Assembly (NCBI GenBank): GCA_033723415.1
Contig: JAWVXD010000001.1
Span: 32,001-96,000, forward strand
Direction: 5' to 3'
Origin: Sulfurospirillaceae bacterium
GTDB lineage: Bacteria > Campylobacterota > Campylobacteria > Campylobacterales > Sulfurospirillaceae
DNA: 64,000 nt
Below the pieces are notes generated by a model, which saw only the letters and a program-made list of their open reading frames with translations, was not told the DNA's origin and did no database searches. The position numbers and the translations under genes are program-made. Shown one piece after another: positions 61,904-64,000 of this stretch. Within the stretch, counting starts at the first letter, position 1. The number at the start of each line of letters is the position of its first letter.

Positions 61904-63655
61904 TTACTTTTCCAATGTAGAAGTGTCACCTTCTGGCAGTCCAAGTTCTCTGGCTTTAAGCAGCCGACGCATGATTTTTCCGCTTCTTGTTTTTGGAAGA
62001 TTTTCCTGAAATTCGATTTCTTTAGGTGCCACGGTAGCACCCAGTTTTTTGCGTCCGAAACCGATCAGTTCCCGCTTTAGCTTTTCGCTCGGTTCGAAAC
62101 CCGGTTTCAGTGAGACGAACGCTTTGACGATTTGCCAGATCAACGGATCAGGCTTGCCGATAACTCCCACTTCAGCCACGGCGGGATGTTCCATCAGGGC
62201 ACTTTCTACTTCAAAAGGCCCGACCATATGGCCCGAGGTTTTTATAATGTCATCGGCACGTCCGACAAACCAGAAGTAGCCATCTTTATCTTTGTATGCG
62301 AGATCACCGGTTACGTACCAGCCTCCCACAAAGCTTTTTTGATATTTTTCATCGTTATGTAAGTAAGCCCGAAACATGGAAGGCCAGCCGGGTTTCAGAA
62401 CAAGATCACCGTCTTTCTCAGGCTCAGTGATCTCCGTAACCGTGCCGTCTTCATTTAACTGTACGATTGCAGCCTCCACTCCCGGTAGCGGCTTACCCAT
62501 CGAGCCGGGTCGGATATCCATACACTGATAGTTGGCGATCATGATCCCTCCGGTTTCGGTCTGCCACCAGTTATCGTGTATCGGCATACCGAGTTTTTCT
62601 ACACCCCAAACCACCGCTTCGGGATTGAGCGGCTCTCCCACACTTTGTATCAGTCGCAGTTTGGAAAGATCAAATTCCTTAAGCGGTTCTACATCAATGC
62701 GCATCAGACGGCGGATCGCTGTGGGTGCCGTGTACCAGACATTGACCTTATAGTCCTCTAAAATACCGTACCACCGCTTTGCATCAAATTCCGCTTCATC
62801 GACTATATTTGTTACGCCATGTAGCCAGGGAGCGATGATACCGTATGAGGTTCCAGTCACCCAACCGGGATCAGCCGTACACCAATAGATGTCATCAGGA
62901 TGGAAGTCCAGTACTATCTCTCCTGTGAGCCAGTGCGTGTACATCGCTTTATGCACATGCACCACTCCTTTTGGCATCCCGGTTGTTCCGCTGGTGAAAT
63001 GTAACAGTGACATATCTTCAAGATCGGTTGGCTGGATCTCAAAATCATCTGATGCTTTTTCCATCAATCGCGGCAGGGAAAGGACTTTTTCGCTGAGGTC
63101 TTCTTCTGAATCGATGATAAAAACATAGCGCAGTTCAGGCAGCTGTTCAAGCAGTGAGGCGATCTTTTTGTCGTACAGTCGTTTTGTTGTCAGCAATGCT
63201 TTTGCATCACCGCGCTGCATACGCTGCAAGATAGGCTCAGGTCCAAACTGTGAAAAAAGAGGGCACATGACATTGCGGTTTTTCAAGATACCGATCGCGG
63301 CGATATAGAGTTCGGGAAGTCTGGTAGAAAGAGTAAAAATACGTTCGCTTTTTTCAAATCCGAGCGATTTCAGTACATTTGCAAAGCGTGCGCTCTGCTG
63401 TTTCATCTGAGTATATGTGTAGGTAAGTTTCTCGCCGTTTTCACCCAGCCAGATCAATGCCGTTTTTTCACCCAGTCCTCCATCGGCATGGCGGTCGATC
63501 GCTTCATAGGCGATGTTGTATCCTCCTGAAGGCAATCCGTTGAACTTTTCTGTGATCTGCTCCCACGAAAAAGAACGGTATGTTTGCTCATAATCCGTCA
63601 TATTAGGTTGGAGAATAAAATTTCCAACTTTTTTTTCTATCCACTTTTGCTCCAT
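61904..63655 (-). CDS. acsA: Acetate--CoA ligase-like adenylation enzyme
   Basis: [45 protein letters not shown]. Confidence 0.9.
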   Translation of the reverse strand: MEQKWIEKKVGNFILQPNMTDYEQTYRSFSWEQITEKFNGLPSGGYNIAYEAIDRHADGGLGEKTALIWLGENGEKLTYTYTQMKQQSARFANVLKSLGFEKSERIFTLSTRLPELYIAAIGILKNRNVMCPLFSQFGPEPILQRMQRGDAKALLTTKRLYDKKIASLLEQLPELRYVFIIDSEEDLSEKVLSLPRLMEKASDDFEIQPTDLEDMSLLHFTSGTTGMPKGVVHVHKAMYTHWLTGEIVLDFHPDDIYWCTADPGWVTGTSYGIIAPWLHGVTNIVDEAEFDAKRWYGILEDYKVNVWYTAPTAIRRLMRIDVEPLKEFDLSKLRLIQSVGEPLNPEAVVWGVEKLGMPIHDNWWQTETGGIMIANYQCMDIRPGSMGKPLPGVEAAIVQLNEDGTVTEITEPEKDGDLVLKPGWPSMFRAYLHNDEKYQKSFVGGWYVTGDLAYKDKDGYFWFVGRADDIIKTSGHMVGPFEVESALMEHPAVAEVGVIGKPDPLIWQIVKAFVSLKPGFEPSEKLKRELIGFGRKKLGATVAPKEIEFQENLPKTRSGKIMRRLLKARELGLPEGDTSTLEK

Positions 63656-64000
63656 CTTTCATCCTTCTTTTAAAGTCTGCTTCAGTCTCAATGCGGTATA
63701 TGACAATATTATATCTCAATTTTTGCATATAGATTCCACTAAATCTATAAACATAACTTGAGTAGAAAAATCTGTAAAAAGCTATATTTTTAGTATATTG
63801 CCTGTCCACATGATATCAAAATACATAGCTTTTTTGTGGAACTTATAAATTATATATAAACTGCTATTATAGTCATATTAAATAATCTAATACTATTTTG
63901 TCATTGAACGATAGGTATTGCTTATCTCAAGAAGCTCATCAGTTATCTCCTGCTGACGATGGACATTTAACTCTTGTTCAAAAAACTTTTCTCTCTTTTT

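Noticed and set aside
63776..63835. Inverted repeat AAAAAGCTAT / ATAGCTTTTT upstream of acsA
   Set aside because: Only 10 AT-rich bp with a long spacer; cannot distinguish an operator or riboswitch from chance.

Overview
AT-rich chromosomal segment of a Campylobacterota (Epsilonproteobacteria) bacterium. The metG-fbp-mobB-slt-yggT-gltX order and the napAGHBFLD operon are typical of the group. Four parts. (1) 1-25.6 kb is core housekeeping plus a Crp/Fnr regulator, a NarX-like sensor and a nap nitrate reductase locus carrying two matching TTGAC-N4-GTCAT boxes. (2) 25.7-41.5 kb is an atypical Pel-like exopolysaccharide locus (pelF, pelG-like, PelA-like hydrolase) with TolC/HlyD, HD-GYP and putative sugar-decoration genes. 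(3) 41.7-47.5 kb holds trmA, ilvA and a GlnRS-YqeY gene. (4) 47.6-64 kb is an accessory region. It contains a retron-type RT fused to an RNase H-like/DUF3800-like domain, preceded by a compact (~80 nt) structured ncRNA candidate with its own promoter. It also contains a DinJ/YafQ-type TA pair, an integrase-less integron cassette array (attC sites, HEPN-like and membrane cargo, a gene-less mini-cassette), a binding protein + GGDEF-EAL module bracketed by an ~80-bp duplication of a gene 3' end, and an acsA-pdhABC-ACP cluster. No rRNA, tRNA or CRISPR array was seen. All family calls come from reading motifs by eye, not from database searches.
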